NCBI RefSeq assembly: GCF_006345805.1 | Contig: NC_043004.1 | Coordinates: forward strand, 2,542,001-2,606,000 | DNA length: 64,000 bases | DNA from: Octopus sinensis | Taxonomy: Eukaryota | Reading direction: 5' to 3' | Part shown: piece by piece, positions 63,196-64,000 of the stretch | Numbering within the stretch: the first letter of the stretch is position 1 | How the letters are laid out: the number at the start of each line of letters is the position of its first letter | Program-made: the position numbers and the translations under genes | Notes under the pieces: generated by a model | Seen by the model: only the letters and a program-made list of their open reading frames with translations | Databases searched by the model: none | Told to the model about the DNA's origin: nothing

Positions 63196-64000
63196 ACAAC
63201 TGCATGAGCTAATGTAAGAAATGATTATAGATCTGGTGTGGCGGTGATGCCAGAAAGTAGAACGTCGGAATAAATTATGAACTATATTTAATTTCAGCTG
63301 TCTATGTTCTCAGTTCAGATCTCACAAAGAAATAACTACTCTTCACCCATCTTGGTGTAGACACAACAGATATCAAACAAGTAGAGAGAGCAATTCAATT
63401 AACTATGCATTTTGTGGCCTTCTGCCAATGTGACAATCAAACATATTCTCTTGTTAGAAATAAGCTTACAGAATGATATATCATATGCGGCAGATATTAT
63501 AAAATCATTACGCAGTATATGCTGAGATGAAATATTAATTGAGCATATCATAATATAATTCGAATCGATTATGGGATTAGCAACGCTCTAAAGTGCAGAC
63601 ACATAACGAATACAAAATATATACTTATTTATGTGCTGTTACACTTATTAATGTTGATGATGTTGAGTTTGAATCAGCCGAGTCATAAAGGCACCAGATA
63701 ATCAGTAATTCATATTGTGTCATCACGGCATCATTCTGCTGTCCTTGGGCAATTAGCTTAAGGAAAGGTAAATATAGTATGATTTGGTTTACCGATTGCT
63801 GCGGTATCCTACAGAAATGAGTTCAATATTCTTGTTGGTATATTAATCATATTGTTACTTTTGCGTTTTATTCAAATGGAAAATAACTTCCAATTTTTTA
63901 CAAAATCTCCAAATGAGGAAGAAACAAGGAAGACGATACAACTTGTTGGATGCAGAAGAAAGCAATGCATGATTCATCCTCAGAGCTAGTACTTGCTCCT

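Overview
AT-rich, extremely repeat-dense eukaryotic non-coding DNA. The SINE families and the density of (TA)n/(CA)n/(GATA)n/(AAT)n microsatellites resemble an octopod (Octopus) genome; this is my inference, not a database result. I cannot support any intact host protein-coding gene, rRNA, intact tRNA or CRISPR array, and most ORFs in the track are translated microsatellites. The window holds about 17 copies or fragments of tRNA-derived SINEs in three families (called A, B, C here) and seven fragments of R4/Dong-type RLE non-LTR retrotransposons, most of them abutting (AAT)n or (GAA)n tracts. It also holds three CR1-type LINE fragments, fossil hAT, mariner and maT (DD37D-type) DNA transposons, and palindromic MITE-like elements. 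Near the right end lies a fossil Penelope-like element (RT + GIY-YIG) with nested insertions, amplified as a recent ~1.7 kb tandem triplication (57791-61545). The most interesting signal is a fourth SINE-like element: tRNA-Arg-like head + trinucleotide spacer + 3' body carrying a minimal type I hammerhead-ribozyme motif. It occurs at 58470-58850 and 60189-60551, and its best-preserved ribozyme copy is at 40618-40663, about 40 bp downstream of a second, different hammerhead-like core. This suggests a Pol III-driven, self-cleaving, possibly Penelope-mobilised non-autonomous retroelement.
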